Source of the DNA: Flaccisagitta enflata
Lineage: Eukaryota
Direction: 5' to 3'
DNA length: 64,000 bases
Assembly (NCBI GenBank): GCA_965153355.1
Contig: OZ231126.1
Location: forward strand, 33,294,001-33,358,000
Notes under the pieces: model-generated
Databases searched by the model: none
The model's input: only the letters and a program-made list of their open reading frames with translations
What the model was told of the DNA's origin: nothing
Translations under genes and position numbers: made by a program
Shown here: positions 37,197 to 54,429 of the stretch, piece by piece
Layout: every line of letters begins with the position of its first letter
Position numbering within the stretch: position 1 is the stretch's first letter

Positions 37197-38690
37197 AATT
37201 TGAATTTTGAATTTGAATGTATTGTCCAAATAAGCGATTACACTTACGTACAAGTACAAGGACATGAAATGTTTACATTTCAACAGTTTTCAAGAATAAA
37301 TACGGCAACAAACAATAAATAACGAGGTACATTATTTTCAAAGGTCATTTGAGGTTCATTGGGTAAAAAAGTCTTAATTTGGCTCTCCAAGAGTTTGGAT
37401 TGCAAGTTCAAGATAAATAGGCAACATTCAATCAGTTAGAGCGTACTTCATTCTTACCATGGGCGAGGTCCCACACAGACAGAATTGTTCTAACTACATT
37501 CATAACTTTATCATCATCGTCATCATAATAAATATCGTTAAATTCAATTTTCTCAGTTTTATCATAGAGATTTACACTACGATACTTCATACAGAAATTC
37601 ATTCTATGGTTTTCAACATCTGTGACTCCGCATTCTTTGCATTCTTTTGTTCCGTGTTGAGTGGCATAGTTTTTAGCACACTGTAGCATGCCAAATCGTC
37701 CCATAATTAAAGCACGGGTATATATCATTAGTTGGTTTTGAACAATAAAACGATCCGGCGTTTTATCATACTACCAGAATTAAAAAAAACGCAAGTTTTT
37801 TCTATGCCAATTTACGCGCCTTTGGCTAACTTTAGAAACAATTTCTTGGTGACCAAATTGAAGCTTTTTTCAAGGGCTTTCTTTTGAGCGCAATCCCACA
37901 TTTGTAGCTTTATTCGTTTAGAAGTTACATTCAAATGAAGGTGAGTAAGTCAAAATTTCATTTCGCAGTTGGAGGAGAAAGAGGCCATTTCTAATTGAAT
38001 ATTATTTCTCTATGGTTGTCGTTTTTGTAACCATTTGAGCATTTATGCTCATTTTGTCACCAATCATGGTGCTCATATGAAAGTTACCCAATGTCTGCCA
38101 TGAAAAATCAAGCACTTGTAGCGGGTAAGTGTGATAAAATATCCAAAATCATCATGGATATTTCCCAATACCCTTATTTTTTTTCTCCAAAATACCTCCT
38201 GCTTTTGCGCGGCTTTTTCTCATCAGTTACTGAATTCAATTGACTAAAACTCTCAAATTTGATGGACAGAAGCTCTAAAAAACCTAACTTGCCCTCAAAA
38301 TGCCGTTCATTAGTGAAATATAGTCCAATCTGAACAATCCTATGAAAAACTTGCGTTTTTTTTAATTCGGGTAGTAATCAGGACTGTTCAACAGTTCTCT
38401 GAGGCGTCCAACTTTTGTTTTGGTCTTTGTTTCATTGCGATTTTTTGTCTCACACTCCTCCTTTATTTTTCAATGTTTGCTTTTTCCGCCGCAGTTTTCA
38501 CCAATTGACTCAATTCTACCTTCCTTTTGTTCTTGATGCTTTCCCAATCCGTGTCCAGTTCCCACTTTTCTTGGATGGAATTTACTTGCTTTGACCATCT
38601 TATATCTTTCTCTTTCATTGCTTTTATTGTTGCTGTTGTGTTGTGTTTGTCTTCCCTTTAGAGAACTTTGTGTAAGTAGATGAGTTGTTT
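37197..38690 (-). pseudogene. 3' fragment of a second LINE related to the 2610-7432 element
   Basis: TRALIMGRFGMLQCAKN...CKEC...ENHRMNFC...FNDIY...VWD parallels TRTVFLAQNGMLECGRN...CSEC...EQHILTTC...FNDIY...VWE. WELDTDWESI lies upstream and an (ATTCAA)n tail at ~37197-37218. Confidence 0.85.
37771..38374 (-). mobile_element. 604-bp MITE, TA TSD (copy 2, inverted), inserted in a LINE fragment
   Basis: Near-perfect reverse complement of 33139-33742. TA at 37769-37770 and 38375-38376. Confidence 0.93.
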
Positions 38691-38737
38691 TTGTTCTGCT
38701 CTTACAGATGGGAATAGTCTACCCATTGTATGCATTA

Positions 38738-38814
38738 AGAAGAAGAAGGAGAAGAAGAAGAATAAGAGGAAGAGGAAGAAGAAGAAGAAGAAGAAGAAGA
38801 AGAAGAAGAAGAAG

Positions 38815-38845
<31 letters not shown>

Positions 38846-38892
38846 TCAATAAGAAGAAGTTCAATAAGAAGAAGAAGAAGAAAAAGAAGAAG

Positions 38893-38924
<32 letters not shown>

Positions 38925-38999
38925 GAAGAAGAAGAAGAAGAAGAAGAAGAAGAAGAAGAAGAAGAAGAAGAAGAAGAAGAAGAAGAAGAAGAAGAAGAA

Positions 39000-39046
<47 letters not shown>

Positions 39047-39048
39047 AG
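38738..39048. repeat. (GAA)n microsatellite
   Basis: Read directly from the sequence. Confidence 0.95.
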
Positions 39049-39058
39049 ATGACAGTTA

Positions 39059-39317
39059 GGGCTGTACACCTTGATCTGGGGGCTGAGAAAAACCCGAGAT
39101 GAATCTAGTGTGTTTCAATAGATTAACTTACATGAAAAGCATACTTCTAGTTAACCCAGTGAGATGAAATTTTAACTGAAGCTCTGCAAAACCATCAGCT
39201 TTCTTCATGTGAAATTTCATCCCACTGGGGCAACTAGAAGTATGCTTTTCATGTAATTTAAGCTATTGAGATTCATCTCAGGTTTTTCTCAGCCCCCAGA
39301 TCAAGGTGCCGTAGGCC
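39059..39317. mobile_element. Hairpin MITE with TTA TSD (PIF/Harbinger, Tourist-like)
   Basis: TTA-GGGCTGTACACCTTGATCTGGGGGCTGAGAAAAACC ... GGTTTTTCTCAGCCCCCAGATCAAGGTGCCGTAGGCC-TTA. Confidence 0.8.
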
Positions 39318-40644
39318 TTAGGAAACCGTGATCGAGACCTCCTCCAGACCCATGGAACCATAATTAGGGTTCCATGGTCACCAAAACTCATAAAAACACT
39401 CCTCTCTTTGACCTCTCTTATTGGTGGAGGAGGAGGAGGGCTTGAGGAGGGCTTGTGGAGGGCTTTTGGAGGCCCTCTTTCTCCTCCATTGCTCGAGGCA
39501 TATCTGATAGCATCCCTGATATTGACCATGAAATCTTTGTAGAATAATTTCAGGAGATGTTTAGAGTAAGCTTTTAGGCAGTGGAAACATGATTTTCTGC
39601 ATCTGCCATGACTTTCAAGTCGTGTTTTATTGCATGATTCTTTAGTGCCAATTCATAATTTTGTTGAGATAATTCAATAAAGAATTTAGATTGTCAAATT
39701 AAGAACTTGATGTAATATTTTGTTTATTCCTTTGGTGCTGTTACATCATTATGTGTTTGTTAAAGGTGATACAAAAATAGATTAGTTGATGTTGATTTTT
39801 TTTTTTTTTTATAGATTCACTGCTAAATTGAGTAAAAATTTCCTTGAATTTTTTTTCATTTTTTTTTTTGTTAGGAGACATATTTGTTCTAATTTAGATA
39901 AAGATAAAGAAAGAAACTTAATCGGGAAAAAAGTAGAAGACAGTCATTGACTTGCAAGTATAAGAAAGCATGTCAGTGAGCGTAGCTGGTCATCTGGTTA
40001 AGTAGTTTTGAGTATCTTTGCTCATCTAGCTCATTTGGCGCAATCATTTGGAAAAAAGTCGAGATTCGAAGATTCAAAGACTTTTTGATTCCTGCGAAGA
40101 AAAGTTGTTTTCCCTTTTTTTCATGAGCCGTTTGAGGAAGTTGCTGCATTTTTGGGGCAGAACGGGACTACGCATGAAATTAATAGCTAAGAAAGAGCTA
40201 AATCTCCTCTTTCAGATGACGCCAAGCAGAATTCTGTGCGATTGATAATTTTGGAGCTATGATTTTTTAAATCTTTTTTTATTTTCTCTCATTTTTCGCA
40301 TTTTTCCCTAAAACAAGGAATCGAGTTAGTTGAAGTCTATTTGAACTTTGAAATGTCCCAGGTGATGATTGTGCATCCTGGCAGCACAGTCTCTCTCTCA
40401 TTTCAACTCTGGACTCTATGAGAGGCTTTGTCCGTTAGTTCATCCATCGGTCTGTTGGTCTGTCTGTCCGTCCAAGGGGAAAAGTGGAAAAACAAGCTGT
40501 CTAGATGCTTGTGTGTGGTGGTTGGGGTTGGGGTGTAGATGGGGGTTGGATGCCTCTGTCCACCTGTCTGCAACGATATTGTAACCCTGTGTTGCATGTT
40601 TTTCTCTGTTTTTCTCTCTGTCTCTCTCTCCCTCTCTCTCCCCC

Positions 40645-40742
<98 letters not shown>

Positions 40743-41089
40743 TTTTTTCTCTCTCACTCTCTTTTCCTCTCTCATTTTCTCAAGCAGCATTTACGACTTT
40801 TTCCTACGGTTATTAGCCGCCCTTAGCTGCCCTTAGCTGCCATTACTGGTATGTTATAATTAGAAAAAAAGTAATGAGAAAGTAATTTCAATTCTATGCA
40901 AAAAAAAGAAAAAACGGTGCAGATGATTTGATGGTCAATGACATGCATCAAAACCTGGTTTGATAGAGCGTGTCCGACTCTTATCCCAGGAGAGTCTCGG
41001 AGAGTCTTGGAGAGTTGGAGAGCTCTCCAGGCAGTCTCCGAGAGTCTCGGAGACTTGGAGAGCTCTCGGGGGTCTCCTAAAGCTCATGG

Positions 41090-43201
41090 CCCTCACTCGA
41101 AGAAGAAGGAGAAGAAGAAGAAGAAGAAGAAGATGAAGAAGAACAAGGAGAAGAAGAAGATCAATAAGAAGAAGAAGAGAAGAAGAAGAAGAAGAAGAAG
41201 AAGAAGAAGAAGAAGAAGAAGAAGAAGAAGAAGAAGAAGAAGACTACAAAAAAAAAAAAAAAAAAGTGTGACGGACCGACGGACCGACGGACCGACGGAC
41301 CGACGGACCGACGGACCGACGAACTGACAAAGCAGGGTGTGGTTTAGAGTGGCGTAGCAGGCGACGAAAAAGAGAAGGAATGGAAAGGTGGAGGAAAAAG
41401 TAAATTGAATGAGAAAACTGATGGTCAAAAAGAACGAAAAGGTTGATTCTGAGCATCCGGGGGCGCCCGAGAAACCCCGACTCTCCACTATAATAGAAGT
41501 TGCATTGCTTCTGCTGTTGAATTGCATAAGGTCACAAAGGTTGGGTGACATACCTAACTATCTGGTGCGCCATACCAAACCAATTTTTGCCACACTTACT
41601 GCCCCTTTGGGGTCCAAAACAGGGGTAGAAGGGCCTATTTTGGCCTGTCCCGATTTTGTCCCTGCAGGCAAAATGCAAGTTTAACCAATCAAAAAATGTC
41701 AAGCAGGGTCATCCCAAAGCTTGTAAGCAATCACTATCAATCCATTGATATGTATGGAAAGTTTGAACTCAATATTTCAACTGTAAAATGACAAAAAAAA
41801 GCTTTGAAACAAAGTACTCCCCCCTTCATTTTTCTGCCATTTTTTGCTAAAAATGAGGTAAGTTGACAATTTTTTTTGTTAGCCTTTCATCATTCAAACA
41901 TTAAGCAATTCTTATTTTTCACTTGCATTGACAACTAGTTGAAGGACATTCCCTCCAATTTTCAAAGATTTTTTCCATTCCATTGGTGAGAAATCAACCT
42001 TTCCTTGAAGCGTTACAATTCAGAGGTGCTCCATGTTGTAGCTGTCACACTTATGTCACACTATGATTCTTACTATGTCACAGCATAGTAATATGCTTAA
42101 CGGTGAATTCATCTATATGATGTGAAAGAGGTTGAAATTCTGTGCATGCCTTTAAAATCTCAAGTCTTAAGTCCAATTCGTTTGGTCACAGTGAAATTCC
42201 AAAGTTGATCACTACCAAAATAAGGAATGAATTGTAACGCTCGCCAACCAAGCCCCGTAGTTAATTCTTTGTTTCCACACAGCACTTCTCAGAGAAATGC
42301 GCGCATGTTTTGGTGCCTCCATTTAGTAAAATTTCTTAAAATTCAAATTGACATATCTCCGGAACTAATTGAGCTAGGCCAATGAAATTTTGCATGGTTG
42401 ATACCAAGATTAAGAAGGTCCTTCATCTTATTTTTGATAAGACTCAAAAAATGTCAGGCGGTCCAACCAGACCAACCAGCCTACCAGATAAAAAAATTAA
42501 AAAATGGCATAACTTCTAAAATGATTGTCCGATCTGGTTGAAATTTTGCATGGCGCTTCCTTTAAAGGTGCCTTGTCACTGGCATTAAAACGAGCTTGGT
42601 GGGAAAAATTCTCCTCCAACATCCCGCCCAGCCAAAAATGGTGCTTATAGAGATTTTTTCAAAAACTCTAATTTATTGAAAAAAATCGCGTAAACATGAT
42701 CACACATGATTGCTTGAATGTTATCATCAAAAATTTTGCCCTCATACTCATTGCCTTATTGTATTTAACTAAATATATAAGTAAAAAAATTGATAATAAT
42801 CTCTTTTTAGGCCTAATTTGTATACAAAATAAGCTTGAATAAGAAAATCCAAGTATGGATTCATATTTAATGATAGGTAAGCTACATGGTGATGTACAGT
42901 TTTGTTCAATTTTAAAACATTTGAAATTGACGAATTTCACTCTGTCTGCGCTCCCCTTATCGTGACACCAGCCAAAATCAAAACGCCTGTCCCAAAAGGC
43001 TGGACAAGGTGTGAGGGTAGTGGAAGAAGAAGAAGAAGAAGAAGAATAAGAAGAAGAGGAAGAAGTTCAAGAAGAAGAAGAAGAAGAAGAAGAAGAAGAA
43101 GAAGAAGAAGAAGAAGAAGAAGAAGAAGAAGAAGAAGAAGAAGAAGAAGAAGAAGAAGAGGGGAAGAAGAAGAAGAAGAAGAAGAAGATGAAGAAGTTCA
43201 A

Positions 43202-43232
<31 letters not shown>

Positions 43233-44070
43233 AAGAAGAAGAAGAAGAAGAAGAAGAAGAAGAAGAAGAAGAAAAAGATCAATAAGAAGAAGAGGAGAAG
43301 AAGAAGAAGAAGAAGAAGAAGAAGAAGAAGAAGAAGAAGAAGAAGAAGAAGAAGAAGAAGAAGAAGAAGAAGAAGAAGACCACAAAAAAAACCAAAAAAG
43401 GTAAAGTGTGACGGAATGACGGACCGACGAACCGACGGACCGACGGACTGACAAAGCAGGGTGTGGTTTAGAGTGACGTAGCACGCAAGGAAAAAGAGAA
43501 GGAATGGAAAGGTGGAGGAAAAGGTAAATTGAATGAGAAAACTGACGGTCAAAAAGAACGAAAATCAAAACGCCCGTCCCAAAAGGCTGAACAAGGTGTG
43601 AGGGTAGTGGAAGAAGACGGGGAAGAGGAGGAAGTAATGAAGAAGAAGAAGAAGAAGATAATGAAGATGAAGATGAGGAAGAAGAAGAGGAAGAGGAAGG
43701 AAAAAAAGAAAAAGAGAAGGAATGGAAATGTAGAGGAAAAGGTAAATTGAATAAGAATATTTTTGACAGTCAAAAAGAACGAAAATCAAAACGCCTGTCC
43801 CAAAAGGCTGGACAAGGTGTGAGGGTAGTAGAAGAAGACGGGGAAGAGGAGGAAGTAATGAAGAAGAAGAAGAAGAAGAAGAAGAAGAAGAAGAAGAAGA
43901 AGAAGAAGAAGAAGAAGAAGAAGAAGAAGAAGAAGAAGAAGAAGAAAATGAAAATGAAGATGAGGAAGAAGAAGAGGAAGAGGAAGAAAAAAGAGAGAAA
44001 GAGAAGGAATGAAAAGGTAGAGGAAACGGTCAATCAAACGACAAAACTTTTGACGGTCAAAAAGAACAAA
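41090..44070 (+). repeat. Tandem array of a ~130-bp core separated by (GAA)n tracts
   Basis: The core GAGAAGGAATGGAAAGGTGGAGGAAAAGG...GTGTGAGGGTAGTGGAAG recurs at ~41371, 43496, 43713 and (partial) 44001. Confidence 0.8.
41441..42973. mobile_element. 1.5-kb non-coding DNA element with GG...CC ends, weak TIRs and an apparent AAAA TSD
   Basis: Interrupts GAACGAAAATCAAAACG, which is intact in sister units at ~43556 and ~43777. AAAA at 41437-41440 and 42974-42977. Confidence 0.75.
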
Positions 44071-44330
44071 AGAAGACGAAGAAGACACTGGGAAAGCATC
44101 ACGAAACAGACGGACCACGAATTTAACAAAGGAAAAAAAGAAACAGAAAAAGGAAAGAAAGAGTCAAAAAGAAATGTGAGAATAGACAGCGAAAGTAAGA
44201 GGAGACAGTGAATAAAGAGAGAAAGAGATAAAGAGATTCAACGCCTAGAAGAAAAAATCAGGAATGCATGAGAAATGGATCCAAGTAAGTTTCTCATCAT
44301 ACGTTAAATAACCTATAAAGTCCGTATAAC

Positions 44331-44465
<135 letters not shown>

Positions 44466-44687
44466 TATATTCAAGGTGGCGTTCGTAGCTCAAGTGAGGC
44501 GTTTTCTCTCTTCCCAAATTCTCGATGGTCATTTATCAAGCTCCAGTTGAGTTCAAGTATCTCCGCCAGAAGAAGAAAGAAGAAGAGTCTTGTGATGGCT
44601 GCTGCCGATGTATCTTTATGATACAATGTGCGATGCGGCCATTAACGTCATCGATCAAACTGACCGGAATACACGGCCGGGTGGAAA

Positions 44688-44780
<93 letters not shown>

Positions 44781-45175
44781 GCAGACAAACTGGAAGACAT
44801 ATTAACACCTAGTTGGATGAAGCTATGTGCCTATGTCATAAACAACTTATTGCATTGTAAACTGATTCCGTCAAACATTTTGATCCAAAAATCTATGTAG
44901 TCAGCTGTAAGCCCTTTTTTGTGCACTGGAGGTTGAACGGGGTTCCTGTGTCGAACTAAGCGGACAAAGAAACATTGTTAAAGACAGTAGAGACGGGAGA
45001 GAAGGATTCATTGAGGGCCCATATAAAAGAGGTTGAGTTGAAAGAATTAGGAAGCCTTAGGGCATGAAAACGAAAAGCAAGGACAGAATTGGGCTGGGCA
45101 AAGCGGACAGTTGATATATCGCTTGTCACTTGTGTTACTTGTATGAAATGAAGAAAGGGGAAGACAGAAAAGGAG

Positions 45176-45264
<89 letters not shown>

Positions 45265-45474
45265 CACTAGCTAGTGTAAGTGAGCCTTTTGTTTCCCTAG
45301 AACTGGCACAAGCCGCGTTGTGCGTGAATCGATGGTTGGACGGTTGGTCGGTTGGCCAATTGGGCGGCATACAACGTCTGCGATTGGCCGTTAGGGTAAT
45401 GAAGACTTGCAACGCTTTTGACCTCTCACTTAATCGGAATTTTTTCTCCATTGAATCTCGTTCTTTCTCTCCTG

Positions 45475-45573
<99 letters not shown>

Positions 45574-45576
45574 TTT

Positions 45577-45608
<32 letters not shown>

Positions 45609-45712
45609 TTTTGCTTTCTTTTTTATTTACTTTTCATTGTCCTTCTTATTTTCTTTTTTTCTTTCTTTCTCTCTTTCTTTCTTTGTTTTCACCATAAATT
45701 TTCCGTCTTCTT

Positions 45713-46335
45713 CTTATGACGGCAAATTTTCGAAGGAAAATTAAGTGTTTCACCATACTTTTTGCATTATTATCAGGACAACATTGAAGCTGGAATGCTT
45801 TTAGTAAACAAATTGTCTTATAAGATACTTGGTGTATATCTTTGTATCATATTCTGACCTAAAAAGTAATTTGAACTATGCGATTCTAGTGAAAACAAGC
45901 AGTAAAAAGACCATTTTCAGCAAATTTCTGCTTACAATTCTTTTCATTTTCTGTGGTCTAAATTCTAGGAAAACCAAACACAGGGAAATTTTGTATTTTG
46001 AAAAAAAAATAGTTCTCTCTGCAATCAATATGGGAAGAGAACTATGTTCTTCATTTCTTCATTTTTTTATTTTCTATGTAAATTTAGAATTTAGACCAAC
46101 CCCCTGTCAGTGACCAAAAATAAAAAAAATAAAAATTTTTAAATAATATTGTTTAGAAACATTGGCTAAACTTGGTCCTTCTTGCTAAATGAATGCAAAT
46201 TTTTCTTTTAAATATTATGTTTGAGCCATCTGAATCATTTTTATTCACTTATTTTTCCATTTCCGTTCATTCATGATTTTGATTTTGACCCTCTTTGAAA
46301 CACAAATGTTGCCTTCGGAGGGACGCTGTCTTATG
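45713..46335 (+). mobile_element. ~620-bp DNA element with imperfect TIRs (copy 1)
   Basis: Ends TATGACGG...CGAAGGAAAATTAAGTGTTTCA / TGAAACACAAATGTTGCCTTCG...GTCTTA. A diverged inverted copy lies at 61435-62057. No clear TSD. Confidence 0.7.
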
Positions 46336-46886
46336 TAGTTCTGATTATGGCTCTACCCCGTTCTTTCTTCCATTCTTTCCTCCTGTCTATTTTTTCCCTT
46401 TGTCTACCCCTCTGTTATGGCTCTGCTCGTCTTTGTTCCTTTAAAAGTGACTCTTCTTTCTACTAAGGCGAAATCGCCTTGTTTTCTCGCTTCTGCAACT
46501 GCTATTTTTTTCTTCCGGAGCTCGTTACTTTTTTATCGCCTTCATTTTTCTCCTTGGATTTCCATACCTTCGTTAATTCTTTCTTTATTTCCCATTTCCG
46601 TTTCTCATTCCGCATCTACTTTTAAGCTTTTTTTATTCCTTATCTACTTAAGTCCTTTCTTTTTTTTTATTTCTTTTTCTTTCTTTCTTTGTTTCCTTGT
46701 TTCTTGGTTTCTTTTTTTCTTTTTTTCTTTGTTTCTTTGTTTCTTCGTTTCTTTTTTTCTTCGTTTGTTTGTTTGCTTGTCTGGTTGTTTGTTTGTTTGT
46801 TTGTTTAATTGTTTGTGTGTTTGTCTGTTTGTTTGTTTCTTTCTTTCTTTCTTCCTTTCTTTCCTATTTTTGCTTCTTTCTTTCCT

Positions 46887-46968
<82 letters not shown>

Positions 46969-48153
46969 TTTCTTTTTTCTTTCTTTCTTTCTGTCTTTCT
47001 TTTTATCTTTCTTTCTTTCTTTCTTTCACATTTTTTCTCTATGTCCATTTATATTCTCCAATTTTTTCCCTTAAATTCTTTCTTTCATCCTTTTGTCCTT
47101 TCTTTTTTTTCTTTTTCCTTTTTTCATTTTTCCCCAAGCTCGCTGTTGATGTCTTTTACTTCTTCTGCTCCCTCGCCTCCAAACTTTTTGATGTTCCTTT
47201 GTCTACTCTGCCGCGGCTCGACTCTCGCGCCACCAAGTGGGAAAGGGAGTCTCTCTTTACCCATAATGTTTTAGACTGCCGTCGCCATTTTGGATCCCTT
47301 CTAGGCGGGAAAATAAAGTCAACTTGGTCGGTGGGCACGACGGTGATGACGACGACGACGGTGACGAGGACGACGACGGCGATGCTCTCAGCTCGGGCGA
47401 GCATCATCAAAAGAATTTATGGCTCGTGTTTTGTCCTTTTCTTTCAGGTGCTGCTAGATCTCCTTCATCTTAACCTTTTCCGATCCATAACTAGTAGAAA
47501 GGTTGTTGTTTCTTCTTTTTCCACTTTGTATAAACGTAACGGGTGGGTACCGTTAGTGGGAAAATCGAACTAGAGGGATTTACCCAGACGGAACAGCTTC
47601 TCTTAACTGATCTCCCTCCCAAACATTGTAAAGACGAAAACGACAACAAAGAGAACACGTAAATGAAGGCATTGAAGTATGGTCTGAGTGTATGATGTGC
47701 CAAGTTTGACTTCTTTTGAAAAATCAACGTTTGGGCAACGTTGGTGCTTATCACGATCTATTCCTATTTTCTTCCACAAAGTACTTGCTTTAATGATTCA
47801 TCGCTATTGAGGTAGAAAACCTCGTGCTGAGAGGTAATCAGGAGGACTAACTGGTCGCAATATCGTTGACGAAAAGTGCTACCCCACATCTGCTCCGCGT
47901 TCACACGGTGGTAGCAATGGCAGTCAAGGGTAGCGGTGGCGGGGTGGTAAGGGGTGATAGCGGGTTAGGGTGGTGCGGTAGGGTGGTTAATTCGCCTGGG
48001 TGGTCATTCTGATTCACTGGCCTGCGGCGAGGGGTGATAGTCGGCCAAGGTGGTTCAGCTGGGTGGTTCATTTGCCTAGATGGTCACTTTGGCCCACTGC
48101 GCGGAATTGGTTGTGGCTATGGTGGTGGTGGTTATGGTGGTGGTGGTGGTGGT

Positions 48154-48461
48154 CAGGGTACGGCAAAGTGCCCGAGCACGCGAGCATTGCTCGTAGGCAG
48201 CAAGCTATTTTTGTAGGCAGCGGAGAAATATATATGATGAATTTATTATGGAAATATGAAAGAAAAAGATTTTTTTATCTGAACACCAAAATTTTGTTTT
48301 TCTGAGTTTCCAATTAGTTGGATTTGAGAGAGATTTGAATAAATTTGTAATTCTGAACCTAGAATGAATTAGAAATGTTTGAATATTATTCAATTCTATT
48401 GTAGGCAGGAAGCCACTGAAAAATCCTGCTTGTAGGCAGCCAAAAATTCTTCCGGACCCTG
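48154..48461. mobile_element. hAT-like MITE inserted in (GGT)n
   Basis: CAGGGTACGG / CCGGACCCTG termini, 8-bp GTGGTGGT on both sides and four subterminal GTAGGCAG motifs. Confidence 0.78.
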
Positions 48462-48638
48462 GTGGTGGTGATGGTGGTGGTGATTACGGTGGCGGTGGTT
48501 GTGGTGGTGGTGGTTGGGGTGGTGGTGGCTCTCTGGTCAACGATGATTACGCTTCTTAGTCCAAGCTTAAGGGTTCAAGGGTAAAGTCGTCAACCGTCTG
48601 AGTTTTCGTCACATAAAAAGCAGCAAGAGAAAGCGAAG

Positions 48639-51559
<2,921 letters not shown>

Positions 51560-51585
51560 CAGACAGACAGACACACACACACACA

Positions 51586-51681
<96 letters not shown>

Positions 51682-51992
51682 AATTAACGGTGAGACAGAT
51701 AAACGGACACAGAGTAAAAGAGACATTTAGACAATCAGAGAGAGAGACGGGATAAGATAGCCAGAGACAGGGCCAGAGAGGAAGAAAGAGACAGAAAACC
51801 GAAATAGGAAAGAAAGTAAGGCAAAGAGTGACCGCTCCAGAGATGGAATAACGAGGAGGAGACCAAGACAAAGAGGCCACGTGAAGAGCCGTTATGCGCG
51901 CGTGTGTGTTTGTGTGTGTGCAAGTGAATCTACGTGTGTCTCAGCAGATAAAAAGAGTAGATATAGAATTGAAACGTCAACAGAGACACGAA

Positions 51993-52086
<94 letters not shown>

Positions 52087-52270
52087 TAGGGTTACAGCTT
52101 CCGTTTTCGTGATGCTAAGTGGATTTTCAGTTTATGTCTGGCCAAAAACATGAAACGGTTCGTCTCTTCCAGGGTATCAAAGGACAAAAAAAGACTGTCT
52201 CCCCTGATCCTGTGTATTCTGGGTTATCATAAGAGATGGAACTCTCTATCTGCACATTTACTCGCCGTCT

Positions 52271-53545
52271 AAACAAGGCCAACACCTATAAGTCGCGTGC
52301 GAGGCATAAAAACTGAATTGACCTGACTCCTTATTGTATCTTTTTAATCAGCATGACTGAATAGGTAGAAATATAAGAAATGAATAAAATGATTTAGTTG
52401 ACTAAATTGACTTAAATAAGTTGATAAATAAATCAGCTTAATAAGGTATTGGAGGCCATGGAAACCTACCCACTTTTGTAATTGAGTCAAATTAATCAAC
52501 TCTATCAACCCAATCAATGAAAAATGACTAAACCAGACTTAAACCAGACTTTAACCAGCAGACTTAAACCAGCAGACTTAAACCAGCAGACTTAAACCAG
52601 CAGACTTAAACCAGCAGACTTAAACCAGCAGACTTAAACCAGCAGACTTAAACCAGCAGACTTAAACCAGCAGACTTAAACCAGCAGACTTAGACCAGCA
52701 GACTTAAACCAGCAGACTTAAACCAGCAGACATAAACCAGCAGACTTAAACCAGCAGACTTAAACCAGCAGACTTAAACCAGCAGACCTAAACCAGCAGA
52801 CTTAAACCAGCAGACTTAAACCAGCAGACTTAAACCAGCGGACTTAAACCAGCAGACGTAAACCAGCAGACTTAAACCAGCAGACTAAAACCAGCAGACT
52901 TAAACCAGCAGACTTTAATCAGCAGACTTAAACTAGTAGACTTAAAGCAGCAGACTTAAACAAGCAGACTTGAAATGACATAAATGATGAAAACATACCA
53001 AAAAACATAAATAATCAAAACATACCAAAAGACATAAATGACCAAAAAACCAAAAAAACAAAAAACATAAAAACCAAAAAACATAAAAAAAAACAAAACA
53101 AAACAAAAAACCAAAAGCCAAAAAACAAAAAACCAAAAAATCAAAAATTCAAATACCAAAAACCAAAAACGAAAAACATAAATGACCAAAACAAACAAAA
53201 AAACTATGTTAAATGACCAAAACCCAAAAACCAAAAACACCAAAAAACCAAAAACCAAAAAACCAAGGAACATAAATGACCAAAAAACCAAAAAACAAAA
53301 AACAAAAAACCAAAAACATAAATGACCAAAAAAAAAACCAAAAACCAAAAAACCAAAAACCAAAACCAAAACCAAAAACCAAAAAAAAAACAAAAAAAAA
53401 CAAAAACAAAACAAAACAAAAACAAAAAACAAAAAACAAAAACAAAAACAAAAAACAAAAAACAAAAAAAAAAAACAAAAACAAAAACAAAAAAAACAAA
53501 AAAAACAAAAACAAAAACCAAAAAACAAAACTAAAAAAAAAAAAC

Positions 53546-53582
<37 letters not shown>

Positions 53583-54429
53583 ACAAAAAACAAAAACAAA
53601 AACAAAAACCAAAAAAACCAAAACCAGAAACCAAAAAACCAGAAACCAAAAAACCAAAAAGAAAAACAAACCAAAAAAACCAAAACATACCAAAAAACCA
53701 TGTTAATGGACCAAAAACCAAAAACCAAAAAACTAAAAACCATAACCAAAAAACCAAAAAATATAAATGACCAAAACATACCAAAAAGCCAAAAAACACA
53801 AAAACAAAAAACAAAAAAAAAAAAAAAACAAAAAACAAAAAAACAAAAAAACAAAAAACCAAAAACATAAATGACCAAAACATACCAAAAAAACATGCTA
53901 AATGACCAAAAACCAAAAAAAAAAACCAAAACCAAAACCAAGAAACCAAAACCAAAAACCAAAACCAAAAACCAAAACCAAAAAACCAAAAACCAAAACC
54001 AAAAAACCAAAACCAAAACCAAAAAAACCAAAACCAAAAAAAACCAAAAAACCAAAACCAAAACCAAAAACCAAAGAAATAAAAACCAAAACAAAAAACC
54101 AAAAACCAAAAACCAAAAACATAAATGACCAAAACATACCAAAAAACCATGTTAAATGACCAAAAATGACCTGAAATGTCCCAAAATGACTTAAAATGAC
54201 TGAAAACTACTTTAAATGCCCAAAAATGACACAAATGACTTAAAAGAACAAAGTGACGTAAATGATCAAAAATGACCAAAAATGACTAAAACCAAACAAA
54301 AAAAAAAAAAAAAAAAATGACTAACTCCTCGACCAAAATGACCAAATGACCAAAAAAGCAAAGTGTTACTACCGGACCGACGACCGACCGACGAAGCGGG
54401 TTGTAGAGTCGCGTGCACGCGACTAAAAA
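52271..54429 (-). mobile_element. Large Helentron-like element carrying a 14-bp satellite (copy 2)
   Basis: Colinear with 24233-26158, with a longer 14-bp array at ~52527-52972. Confidence 0.85.

Noticed and set aside
41371-44070. Repeat-spacer pattern as a CRISPR-like array
   Set aside because: The repeats are ~130 bp and the spacers are GAA microsatellite, not unique sequence.
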